This document shows positions 1 through 12,116 of a DNA stretch of 53,108 nucleotides, one piece after another (position 1 is the first letter of the stretch; every line of letters starts with the position of its first letter). The stretch comes from an uncultured Bacilli bacterium (GTDB lineage Bacteria > Bacillota_I > Bacilli_A > RF39 > UBA660). The DNA is taken from contig CALVSH010000002.1 of the NCBI GenBank assembly GCA_944358945.1, positions 1-53,108 on the forward strand. The letters run 5' to 3'. Position numbers and translations under genes: made by a program. The notes beneath the pieces are model-generated. The model was not told the DNA's origin. It searched no databases and saw only the letters and a program-made list of their open reading frames with translations.

Positions 1-10
1 TCCTACCTCC

Positions 11-3057
<3,047 letters not shown>

Positions 3058-3180
3058 TCAGACTTAAAAAAAAGACCCATATAATCACCTATCCCCTATT
3101 TCAGTATTCCTATACATACATCAATATTATACCATAAAAACAGCTAATAACATAGGAAAAAGTGATATTATGAGTACTTT

Positions 3181-3630
3181 TTATAAATTTGATTTTCTTT
3201 TTCTCATCAAAAAATCTAACCTAGATGCTCTAGAAATTTGATTTTCTAAAGTTCGATAAGAAACAGGAACAATAATCTCTGTATTATTATCAAAAATAAC
3301 TCTAGTATTTGTAAGATCAATTTTTTCAAATGCCTTTACCCTCTTCAAAGAAATCCAAATACAGTCTTCAGATCTAGGAGAAGTTGTCGGAAACACAATC
3401 AAATTATCTGTATCCTCTACAATAACTGGAACTTTATATTCAGCTCCCAAAATAGCTTTTGCACTATCTTTCCTTCCCTCATAAGTACTACCGAAATACT
3501 TACAACTCTCTTCCATTATCTGAAATGGCGTTTGATGAATTAAGAATCTTTCATCATCTTCATAAACTAGACTATCAGCCACTTCATTAGGAAGAATGGC
3601 CAATGTCCCTTTGTTAATTTCATATTCCAT
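3181..3630 (-). CDS. comK: ComK-family competence transcription factor
   Basis: Aligns by eye with B. subtilis ComK over its whole length (YEINKGTLAILP; CKYFGSTYEGRK; KVPVIV; LIVFPTTSPRSEDCIWISL; IIVPVSYRTLENQISRASRL). I start at the internal ATG at 3630, preceded by GGAGGGGG, rather than the ORF-track start at 3651. Confidence 0.7.
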   Translation of the reverse strand: MEYEINKGTLAILPNEVADSLVYEDDERFLIHQTPFQIMEESCKYFGSTYEGRKDSAKAILGAEYKVPVIVEDTDNLIVFPTTSPRSEDCIWISLKRVKAFEKIDLTNTRVIFDNNTEIIVPVSYRTLENQISRASRLDFLMRKRKSNL

Positions 3631-3751
3631 ATAATTCCCCCTCCTCAACATGAAATTACGCTTAGACTAACAAATTTTAATGTTGGAATTTGTCGTTCTT
3701 TGAAAGAAATGATTCTTTCACTTATATTATTATGAAAAAAGAAAAAATTCC

Positions 3752-3778
3752 CAAAAAAAAATCCAAAAATTGGATTTT
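3752..3778 (-). terminator. Rho-independent terminator after dnaN
   Basis: AAATCCA/TGGATTT stem with a 5-nt loop, followed on the minus strand by a T-run (A8 on the plus strand at 3753-3760). Confidence 0.5.
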
Positions 3779-3782
3779 AATT

Positions 3783-4910
3783 CTAATATGTACGAATTGG
3801 TAAAACTAATTGAGTTAAAGTTTCATCTTCACTAGATTTAATTAAAATTGGTTTAATTTCTCCAACAAAATGAATATCAACAGTTTCAGTGGAAAAACTC
3901 TTTAACGCTTCCATCATATATTTAGCACTGAAAGAAATTTTTATATCTTCACTATTATTTTTAGCAATTGGCATTTTTTCTTCTACTCTACCAATTTCAA
4001 CAGAAGAACTCTTTAACACCAACATATCCCCTTTAGTTTCCAATGTAACGATATTTTTCTCTTTATCACTAGTTAATATACTAACACGATCAATTACGTC
4101 GTAGAAAGCATTTAAATTAGTGCTAACGACTAAATAAGATTCATCTGGAAGTAAATTAGAAGTATTTGGATAAGTTCCATTAATTAAACGAGACTCAAAT
4201 TTTAAATTTCCAGTCTTAAACAAAATCTTATTATTAAAGATATGCAATTCAATATCATCATCTTCATCATCAATTATTCTAGAAAACTCTATAATGTTAT
4301 GACTAGGAATAACTATATTATAATTTTCTTCACTAGCACCAGATAATTTAACAATTTTTCTAGCTAATCGATAAGAATCTGTAGAATTACACTCTAAAAC
4401 ATCCCCTACTATATTAAAATTAATACCAGTAAGAACAGGTTTACTCTCTTCATTTGAAGAAGCAAAAGCTGTTTGATTAACAATATCCTTAAATACAGAT
4501 GAATTAATATGTACTTTTTTCTTACTTTCTTCCAAACCTATATTAGGATATTCACTTTCACTAATTCCATTTAAATTAAATTCACTATTTTCTGTGTAAA
4601 TCAATATTTTTAACTCATCAACTACCTCTATATTGATATATTTATCAGGTAATTTACGAACAATATCTGAAATATATTTACCCTGTATAATAATACTACC
4701 TTCACTTTCAATTTTAAAATCATCATCATTAGTAGCATCTATCATAGTTTGAATAGTAATATCATTATCACTAGCAGTTAATATTAATTTTTTCTTTTTT
4801 AACTCAAATTTTATTCCAGCAAGAACAGGAATAAGATTTTTTGTTGAAATAGCTTTTGACACTTTATTTAATGCATTCAATAATAAATCTTTTTTAATTG
4901 TTAATTTCAT
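3783..4910 (-). CDS. dnaN: DNA polymerase III beta sliding clamp
   Basis: 375 aa, typical three-domain clamp length. N-terminus MKLTIKKDLLLNALNKVSKAIS and C-terminus LVLPIRTY. Immediately downstream of dnaA. Confidence 0.95.
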   Translation of the reverse strand: MKLTIKKDLLLNALNKVSKAISTKNLIPVLAGIKFELKKKKLILTASDNDITIQTMIDATNDDDFKIESEGSIIIQGKYISDIVRKLPDKYINIEVVDELKILIYTENSEFNLNGISESEYPNIGLEESKKKVHINSSVFKDIVNQTAFASSNEESKPVLTGINFNIVGDVLECNSTDSYRLARKIVKLSGASEENYNIVIPSHNIIEFSRIIDDEDDDIELHIFNNKILFKTGNLKFESRLINGTYPNTSNLLPDESYLVVSTNLNAFYDVIDRVSILTSDKEKNIVTLETKGDMLVLKSSSVEIGRVEEKMPIAKNNSEDIKISFSAKYMMEALKSFSTETVDIHFVGEIKPILIKSSEDETLTQLVLPIRTY

Positions 4911-4938
4911 TTTTTTATCCTTCTTTCTTTCTTATTAG

Positions 4939-5029
4939 TTTATTATTTTTATTATTACTGTGGAAAAAGTGAAAAACTCAAATATAACCAAGTCCCATAA
5001 TGATTTTATCATATTTTTAATTGTGGAAA
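4939..5029 (-). promoter_or_regulatory. oriC segment between dnaA and dnaN: two DnaA boxes plus a DnaA-trio-like TAA run
   Basis: TGTGGAAAA (reverse complement TTTTCCACA) at 4958-4966 and 5021-5029. On the gene strand the 4958 box is followed by G then TAA TAA TAA AAA TAA TAA (4939-4956) and an AT-rich tract. Confidence 0.6.
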
Positions 5030-5044
5030 AAGAAAAGTTTCTCA

Positions 5045-6439
5045 TCATTTTTGCACAATCCCTATATCTTTTTTCAACTTTTCAATAATATTAGCAAGAT
5101 CCTTATTCATCTTTATCTCTTTTTCTATTTTTTCAACAGAGTGCATAACCGTAGTATGATCTTTTCCACCAAATTCTGTTCCTATCTTTGGAAAAGATTC
5201 ATTTGTCATAGTTCTACAGAGGTACATAGCAATCTGTCGTGGAAAAGAAATATTAGAACTCCTCTTCTTACTGCGTATATCTTCAACAGAAATCTGAAAA
5301 TATTCGGATACAATTTTTTGTATACGGTGAATATCATTTTTTTCACTCATGCCTTTACTAATAAAATCTTTCAGTGCTTCAATTGCTAAATCCAAAGTAA
5401 TTTCAGCACCTCCCATAATAGTCGAATAAGCAATAAGTCTGGTAATTGACCCTTCTAATTGCCTAACATCAGTTCCAATATTAGAAGCAATATACTCTAC
5501 TACATCATCTGGAATTTCTTTTTCAAAATTACCAGCAATAATTTTCTTTTTTAATATCTCCGTTCGCAAGGCAAAGTCAGGAGGGAAAATATTAACAGTT
5601 AATCCCCAACAAAACCGTGTCCTTAAACGGTCTTCTAATAGTTTCAAGTCATCTGGAGACCGATCTGATGAAATAATAATTTGTTTACTATCATTATACA
5701 ATGTATTAAAAGTATGAAAAAATTCTTGTTGTGTTTGAGTGGCACCACCCAAAAATTGTATGTCGTCAATAATTAAAACATCAATATTTCTATATTTGTT
5801 TTTAAAGAAATCAACATAATTAAAATTAGTCCCCTTCTCGTCTTTTTTATTGATTCCAATAAAATCTTGAATAAATTGATCAGACGTAACATATAAAACA
5901 CGTCGGTTACTATTATTTGTAATATAATTTCCTATGGCATGCATTAAATGTGTTTTCCCTAACCCACTATTTCCATAGATAAATAAAGGATTATACATGT
6001 TACCAGGATTTTCCGCGACAGAAAGTGCCGCAGCATGAGCAAACTTATTACTATTGCCAACTATAAAATTATCAAAAGTGTATTTACTTTTTAAATTTGA
6101 TTGTGCTTGTTCATGAGGAACACCAACCGACTCCATAGATTGATGAATAATTTCCTCTTCTAAAGGAGCATCCTCTTCTACTTCTTCTTCAATTTCTTCT
6201 CTCAATAAGAAAACTAGTTCAAAATTAGTACCAGTAATATGATTTAGATGATTTAAAATCAAATCCGAATAATTATCAGCCAAATGTTTTTTATGAATCG
6301 GCATAGGAACAATAATATAAGCTTTTCCATTATTTAACTTATATAATTCAGTATCTTTAAACCAAGTATCAAAAGAAAGAGATGTCAAATCGTCTTTTAC
6401 TTCGTCTAAAAATTTAGACCATAGTATATCTACATTCAT
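5045..6439 (-). CDS. dnaA: Chromosomal replication initiator DnaA
   Basis: 464 aa. AAA+ Walker A GNSGLGKTHL, Walker B VLIIDDIQF, C-terminal DnaA-box binding domain (FGGKDHTTVMHSVEKIE). Confidence 0.97.
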   Translation of the reverse strand: MNVDILWSKFLDEVKDDLTSLSFDTWFKDTELYKLNNGKAYIIVPMPIHKKHLADNYSDLILNHLNHITGTNFELVFLLREEIEEEVEEDAPLEEEIIHQSMESVGVPHEQAQSNLKSKYTFDNFIVGNSNKFAHAAALSVAENPGNMYNPLFIYGNSGLGKTHLMHAIGNYITNNSNRRVLYVTSDQFIQDFIGINKKDEKGTNFNYVDFFKNKYRNIDVLIIDDIQFLGGATQTQQEFFHTFNTLYNDSKQIIISSDRSPDDLKLLEDRLRTRFCWGLTVNIFPPDFALRTEILKKKIIAGNFEKEIPDDVVEYIASNIGTDVRQLEGSITRLIAYSTIMGGAEITLDLAIEALKDFISKGMSEKNDIHRIQKIVSEYFQISVEDIRSKKRSSNISFPRQIAMYLCRTMTNESFPKIGTEFGGKDHTTVMHSVEKIEKEIKMNKDLANIIEKLKKDIGIVQK

Positions 6440-6534
6440 ATGACCATCTCCCCCACAAGAAAAATTCTACCAATAGTTTAGCTCAAAATGTGAAAAAAAG
6501 AAATAGAAAAATTGAAAAAAAAGGAAATCACAGC

Positions 6535-6665
6535 TTTTCCACAAAATAAATCACAATCAAATCTGTGATAAAATAAAGCAAATAAATATATTTCCACATT
6601 TTCCACAATTTTTTAAACACACCAGTGAATAATTAAATTCACAGGCCTGTGGAAAATGTGGAAAC
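6535..6665. promoter_or_regulatory. oriC DnaA-box cluster upstream of dnaA
   Basis: TTTTCCACA at 6535-6543, ATTTCCACA at 6590-6598, TTTTCCACA at 6599-6607. Inverted TGTGGAAAA at 6648-6656 and TGTGGAAAC at 6657-6665. Confidence 0.75.
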
Positions 6666-6756
6666 CGAAAAAAGACTGAAAAACTTAACTTTTGATTGAC
6701 AAAAAGCCAATAATATTATTATAATAATGTAGATTTATGTCTGGAGGTGGAAGAAG

Positions 6757-6879
6757 ATGAAAAGAACATATCAACCAAATAATCGTAAAAAATCAAAAAA
6801 ATTAGGATTTTTCGCACGTAAGAAAACAAACATTTTAAATCGTCGTCGTCGCAAAGGACGTAAACGCCTTTGTAAATAA
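6757..6879 (+). CDS. rpmH: 50S ribosomal protein L34
   Basis: 40-aa ORF absent from the track (too short): MKRTYQPNNRKKSKKLGFFARKKTNILNRRRRKGRKRLCK. GGAGGTGG RBS upstream. Canonical position before rnpA. Confidence 0.9.
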   Translation: MKRTYQPNNRKKSKKLGFFARKKTNILNRRRRKGRKRLCK

Positions 6880-6926
6880 TTTACCGCTGCCAAAACAGTG
6901 GTTTTTTACTTATAAAGAGGTGAAAT

Positions 6927-7262
6927 ATGAAAAAGAAATATATAGTAAAACATCAATATGACTTTGATAGAATCATCAAAAAAAGAAAAAGGAAACAAAA
7001 TAGTAGCTTCGTAATTTATTCAGAAAACAACAATTTACCATATGCTAGATATGGAATATCAGTTGGGAAAAAATTAGGAAATGCTGTATTTAGAAATCGA
7101 AAAAAAAGACAGATACGTTCTATCATAGATAATTTAGAAAAAAGCTACTTAAAAAACCAAGACTATATTATAATATTAAGAGAGAAAGGGAAGTATTTAG
7201 ATTATCAACAACTAAAGAAGGAATTACAGTCCCTTATAATAAAAGGAAAGGACCAAGCATGA
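6927..7262 (+). CDS. rnpA: Ribonuclease P protein component
   Basis: 111-aa basic protein directly after rpmH. Its stop overlaps the yidC start (ATGA). Confidence 0.9.
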   Translation: MKKKYIVKHQYDFDRIIKKRKRKQNSSFVIYSENNNLPYARYGISVGKKLGNAVFRNRKKRQIRSIIDNLEKSYLKNQDYIIILREKGKYLDYQQLKKELQSLIIKGKDQA

Positions 7263-8197
7263 AAAAGAAAAACAAGAACAAAATAAAAATAATAATTGTA
7301 TTGTTATTGCTATTAATTACAACTGGTTGTACAACAACACTAGTCGATGATGATAAAAAACCAGTCACCAATGAGCAAACAGGACAAAACTTAACAGAAA
7401 ATATTCTTTGTCAACCAACCAATAAAGAAAATATTAAATTGTATGAAAAAAATGGTGTTAAAATTGACAAATTACCAACTTGTGATGAATTTAAGGTAAC
7501 ATCAGGAAAATATGAAGGACTATGGACATCAATTTTCATTAAACCATTAGCGTTTGTCTTATTATGGTTAGGAAGAATTGTAGGGAATTATGCCGTTTCT
7601 CTAATTTTAATTAGTGTTATTATTCGATTGATTACATTCCCATTAACTAAAAAAACAGCCTTACAATCTGAAAGTATGAAAAAGGCACAACCTGAAATAG
7701 ATAGAATTACTAAAAAATATAAAGATAAACAAGATCAAGAATCAATGATGAAACAAAGTCAAGAAATGATGATGGTGTATAAAAAATATAATATTAGTCC
7801 AATGTCAGGTTGTTTGTTTGCTATGTTACAGTTACCATTATTTATAGCCTTTTTTGAAGCAGTTCAAAGAACACCAGCTATTTTTGAAGGACAATTCTTA
7901 GGTTTACATTTAGGTACAACACCAGTAGTTGGAATAACTTCAGGAACATTTATTGCTTATATTATTTTAATGTTATTGATTGCCGGTACGACTTTCTATT
8001 CATTTAAAATGAATTTATCCGGATCAGAGCTAGATCCAAGTATGAAGATGATGCCAATTATGATGAGTTCTATCATCATTATCACAGCATTATTCATGCC
8101 ATCAGCTTTAGGAATTTACTGGGTAACATCAAATCTATTAATAATTATCCAGAATATAGTTGTAAAAAGGAGTAAAGAAGTACATGGAAAAGCATAA
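7259..8197 (+). CDS. yidC: Membrane protein insertase YidC/SpoIIIJ (lipoprotein type)
   Basis: 312 aa. Lipobox LLLITTGC, multi-TM Oxa1/YidC core, basic C-terminus. Syntenic after rnpA. Confidence 0.9.
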   Translation: MKKKNKNKIKIIIVLLLLLITTGCTTTLVDDDKKPVTNEQTGQNLTENILCQPTNKENIKLYEKNGVKIDKLPTCDEFKVTSGKYEGLWTSIFIKPLAFVLLWLGRIVGNYAVSLILISVIIRLITFPLTKKTALQSESMKKAQPEIDRITKKYKDKQDQESMMKQSQEMMMVYKKYNISPMSGCLFAMLQLPLFIAFFEAVQRTPAIFEGQFLGLHLGTTPVVGITSGTFIAYIILMLLIAGTTFYSFKMNLSGSELDPSMKMMPIMMSSIIIITALFMPSALGIYWVTSNLLIIIQNIVVKRSKEVHGKA

Positions 8198-8801
8198 GTT
8201 TATAGGAAAAACAAAAGAAGAAGCCATAAAAAATGCTAAAATTGGACTACAAGAGTTAGAAGAAAATTTGATTATCAAAGAACACGAAGTCCAAAAAGGT
8301 GGTTTATTCAAGAGTAAAAAAATTGAAATAGAAGTAATAGAAAAAAGAGAAGTTGCTCAAGAAATCAAGCATTACTTATCAAAATTATTAAAGGACCTAG
8401 GATTTAATGCTAATATCGAACTGAAAATGAAAGAACAAATTCCAACATATACAATTTATTCTGATAATGATGCTTTATTAATAGGAAAGAATGGAAAAAA
8501 TCTACATGCACTATCTATTATAGTAGGTCAATATATCAAAAAAGAAATAGGAGAGAATTATAAATTCCTAATCGATATAAATGACTACAAAGAAAAAAGA
8601 GAAAGAACATTAGCTAGATTAGCAAAAAAGACTGCTAGAGAAGTTGCAAATACAAAAATAGAAGCTAAAATGGATTCTATGAATTCCTATGAAAGAAGAA
8701 TTATTCATAATACACTAACAAACAACAAAAGAGTTTACACAGAAAGTGAAGGAGAAGAACCAAATCGTTATGTAGTAATAAAGCCAAGGGAAGAAAAGTA
8801 A
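8184..8801 (+). CDS. jag: Jag/KhpB RNA-binding protein (Jag_N-KH-R3H)
   Basis: 205 aa. KH-like GKNGKNLHALSIIVGQ and R3H YERRIIHNTL. Overlaps the yidC stop. Confidence 0.85.
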   Translation: MEKHKFIGKTKEEAIKNAKIGLQELEENLIIKEHEVQKGGLFKSKKIEIEVIEKREVAQEIKHYLSKLLKDLGFNANIELKMKEQIPTYTIYSDNDALLIGKNGKNLHALSIIVGQYIKKEIGENYKFLIDINDYKEKRERTLARLAKKTAREVANTKIEAKMDSMNSYERRIIHNTLTNNKRVYTESEGEEPNRYVVIKPREEK

Positions 8802-8889
8802 CTCTTCCTTTTTTCATGGAATATTGAAATAAACATAGATATATCTAATCTGATAAAAAAATGATACAATAAATAAAAAGAGGTGTCAC

Positions 8890-10713
8890 ATGCATATAGG
8901 AATCTTAAAAATTAAAAACAAAAAAATTTATATTGATATAGAAAATAACAAAATAATTTCATACTATTATAAGAACAAACAAAGAAGAGACATCTCACTA
9001 GAAGCATTAAACTATATTGTAACAAAGTTATTCTTTAATCAATCCCAGGAAAAATTTTTATATGAAGAAAATGGATACCAAGTCTACAAAAATATAGAAA
9101 CTGGATATAAACATTATTATAAAAATAATAAACAAGACTACATCAAGTTCTACCTAGAAAATGGAAAAAATGCTATTTTAAATAAAGAAATATCAACATT
9201 ACTAACAAAGAAACTATCAAAAGCAAAACAAAAAGTAACCATTCCTAAGTTTATTAAATTTGGGCAGGCACTACTCATTGGTTCTAGCTTATATTTTGGA
9301 ACCTTAGAGGTAACAGAAAAAGTAACAATGCGACAAATTGAAATAGAAAAAGAAGTTTCTGAAATATTAAAAGACATTGAAGAATTAATTGACCAAGAAA
9401 ATCCTTTATCAGAAAAAATGGAGTATACAACAATACTAGAATATATCAATGGTTCTGAAAATCTAACAGAAGAACAAAAAATGTTACTATCTAATAAAAA
9501 CTTAATCATAGATATTAGTAACACACCAATGACAGAAGACAGAATAGTAGACTTAGAAAAATCATTAACTGATATACAAATAGTACTATTCACACAAGAT
9601 GATATAGAAGAAAATAATTACAGAGAAGAAAATGATCTACCAAAGCAAACAGGTTATTATAATTTACTTGAACCAAATATCCTTCATATAGCAGATTTAA
9701 CTGATATCAATACAATATGCCATGAATATATTCACTTACTACAAGATAATAATGAATACCATTATCTAAGAGAAGCCTGTGCAGAAATAATAGCCAGCGA
9801 ATATTTTTATAATAAAATAAATAGTTATTATTCTCCAATTATAAGAACGAGAGTGTTGATGGAAATAATTGGAACAGATCCAATCTGGGAATTGAATTTT
9901 AGTGGAAAAACAGATAGATTAGAAGAAATCTTAGACACGTATTTATCATCCGAAGAATCAGAAGAATTAAAAGAATTATTTATGATAAGTCCATCGCAAT
10001 ACAATGCAGCCGATTTAGAAGAGATAAATCAAGAAATAGACCAATATCTATCAAAATTGTATACAAGTATTTATAATGAGCCTATAGAAAATAATGAAAT
10101 CATAAATTATTTATATAATAACTCAGCTATCTATTACACGACATCAGAAACTCCCAGACACTATTTTTCAGATTCAGAAAATATAGAAGGTCGATTACAA
10201 GAAGTCACAAGGGAAATATCAGTATCAGATGCCATCACAGCAGAAATGATAAAGTGCTATAAAACAACAGAAGAAGAAATATCAAAAACAGAATATGAAC
10301 AAGGCATATCATCAGGAAAAAAAGTATATTTTAGTATCAAACCATCATCAGAAGAGGTTTCAATAGAAGCTATTTCACCACCAGAAACAGATGTTTCTTA
10401 TTACTTAGTAAATAACCAAATCAAAGTTTTAACAGAACAAGATTTAGTCAATCAAGGTTATGCAGTTCCTGATAAATATTACCAAATAAAAGAAGATCTT
10501 ATTACAACAAATCAAGAGTTAGTCTCTGCTTATGAAGAAGAAGAGAAAGGAAAGTGCCTAGTTTCATACATCGCACAAGGCAATTATAAAACAGGAAAGG
10601 TTTTCACACAAATAAATGATGATAAAGAAACAATTATGATAGAAATAACACAACAAGTAAACTGGGAACCAGTTAAAGCAAATATTCCAGAAAATACCAC
10701 CCAAAAAAAATAA
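8890..10713 (+). CDS. Hypothetical single-pass membrane protein with an HExxH zinc-peptidase-like motif
   Basis: 607-aa ORF with an AGAGGTG RBS. One hydrophobic segment (FIKFGQALLIGSSLYFGTL, about aa 121-139). HEYIH at nt 9721-9735 with Glu candidates 13-17 residues downstream (REACAE). No family recognised. Confidence 0.75.
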   Translation: MHIGILKIKNKKIYIDIENNKIISYYYKNKQRRDISLEALNYIVTKLFFNQSQEKFLYEENGYQVYKNIETGYKHYYKNNKQDYIKFYLENGKNAILNKEISTLLTKKLSKAKQKVTIPKFIKFGQALLIGSSLYFGTLEVTEKVTMRQIEIEKEVSEILKDIEELIDQENPLSEKMEYTTILEYINGSENLTEEQKMLLSNKNLIIDISNTPMTEDRIVDLEKSLTDIQIVLFTQDDIEENNYREENDLPKQTGYYNLLEPNILHIADLTDINTICHEYIHLLQDNNEYHYLREACAEIIASEYFYNKINSYYSPIIRTRVLMEIIGTDPIWELNFSGKTDRLEEILDTYLSSEESEELKELFMISPSQYNAADLEEINQEIDQYLSKLYTSIYNEPIENNEIINYLYNNSAIYYTTSETPRHYFSDSENIEGRLQEVTREISVSDAITAEMIKCYKTTEEEISKTEYEQGISSGKKVYFSIKPSSEEVSIEAISPPETDVSYYLVNNQIKVLTEQDLVNQGYAVPDKYYQIKEDLITTNQELVSAYEEEEKGKCLVSYIAQGNYKTGKVFTQINDDKETIMIEITQQVNWEPVKANIPENTTQKK

Positions 10714-10751
10714 AAAGTGTTATAATATAACAACGAAAGGAGACGGATACT

Positions 10752-12107
10752 ATGAATGATACCATAGCAGCAATATCGACAGCTCTAGGAGTAGGAGCAA
10801 TATCTATTGTAAGATTAAGTGGAAAAGAAGCCATAGAAATCGTAAATAATTGTTTTAAAGGAAAAGATTTAACGAAAGTAGAAAGTCATACTATTAATTA
10901 CGGATACATTGTAGATAAGGATGAAACAATAGATGAAGTTTTAGTATCTGTTATGAGAGCTCCAAGAACGTATACAACAGAAGATGTAGTAGAAATTAAC
11001 TGTCACGGTGGAATCATCTCTACAAAACGAATCTTAGAGACAATGTTAATACATGGCGCTAGATTAGCAGAACCTGGTGAATTCACAAAAAAGGCATTTT
11101 TAAATGGAAGAATAGATTTGGTAAAAAGTGAAGCAGTTATGGATATTATAGATAGTAAAAGTGAAGAAGCAAATAAACTAGCGTTATCTCAACTTAGCGG
11201 AACAACGTCAAATATGATAAAAGATTTCAGAGAAAAATTAAAACAACTACTAGCTAGCATTGAGGTAAATATTGATTATCCAGAATATTACGATATAGAA
11301 GTAGTTACAAAAGAGAAAATAGATAAAGAAGTAAAAAAGATGAAGGAAGACCTACAAAAAGTAATTCAAGAATCAAAAAATTCAAATTTAATCAAAGAGG
11401 GAATCAAAACAGTAATTATAGGTCGTCCTAACGTGGGAAAAAGTAGTATCCTAAATAAATTACTAGACCAAGATAAAGCAATTGTTACAGATATAGCAGG
11501 AACAACTCGCGATATCGTAGAAGGTGAAATATATCTAGATGGAATTCTTCTAAATATCATAGATACTGCAGGAATTCGTAAAGCAGATGATGTAGTAGAG
11601 AAAATAGGAGTAGAAAAAAGTTTATCAATGATTACTGATGCAGATTTAGTAATCGTTGTCTTAAATAATAATGAAGAGCTAGTTCCAGAAGATATAGAAA
11701 TATTAGAAAAAACAAAAGATAAACAAAGAATAATTGTAATTAATAAAAATGATTTAACTAAAAAACTTAACCTAGATTCTATAAAGTTAGAAAATGTAGT
11801 AGAAACTAACACAAACACGACAGAAGGAATAGAATCTTTAAAACAAAAAATTATAGAGCTTTTTCAATTAGAAACTATAAAATCTAAAGATTATACATAC
11901 TTAACAAATGCTAGACAAATCTCTCTAGCAAAAAAAGCGTATCAAAGTTTAAAAGATGCAGAAGAAAGCTTACATAATGATTTGCCAATAGATATGGTGG
12001 AAATGGATTTAAAAGAAACCTTTGACCTATTAGGTGAGATTATTGGAGAAACCTATAGTGAAGAAATTCTAGACCATTTATTCGCAAACTTCTGCGTAGG
12101 GAAATAA
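10752..12107 (+). CDS. mnmE: tRNA modification GTPase MnmE
   Basis: 451 aa. G-domain GRPNVGKSS, DTAGIR, NKNDL. C-terminal CVGK motif. Confidence 0.95.
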   Translation: MNDTIAAISTALGVGAISIVRLSGKEAIEIVNNCFKGKDLTKVESHTINYGYIVDKDETIDEVLVSVMRAPRTYTTEDVVEINCHGGIISTKRILETMLIHGARLAEPGEFTKKAFLNGRIDLVKSEAVMDIIDSKSEEANKLALSQLSGTTSNMIKDFREKLKQLLASIEVNIDYPEYYDIEVVTKEKIDKEVKKMKEDLQKVIQESKNSNLIKEGIKTVIIGRPNVGKSSILNKLLDQDKAIVTDIAGTTRDIVEGEIYLDGILLNIIDTAGIRKADDVVEKIGVEKSLSMITDADLVIVVLNNNEELVPEDIEILEKTKDKQRIIVINKNDLTKKLNLDSIKLENVVETNTNTTEGIESLKQKIIELFQLETIKSKDYTYLTNARQISLAKKAYQSLKDAEESLHNDLPIDMVEMDLKETFDLLGEIIGETYSEEILDHLFANFCVGK

Positions 12108-12116
12108 GGTGAAAAT

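Noticed and set aside
9150-9593. Antisense or shadow ORFs in the track (this one, and also 208..414, 444..707, 5021..5389, 11366..11818, 13127..13396, 19093..19359, 21482..21754, 25772..26029, 38777..39738, 45409..45708, 47104..47469, 48934..49212).
   Set aside because: Each lies wholly inside a well-supported conserved gene on the opposite strand or in another frame. Their composition is low-complexity and hydrophobic, typical of AT-rich antisense frames. None has a convincing RBS.
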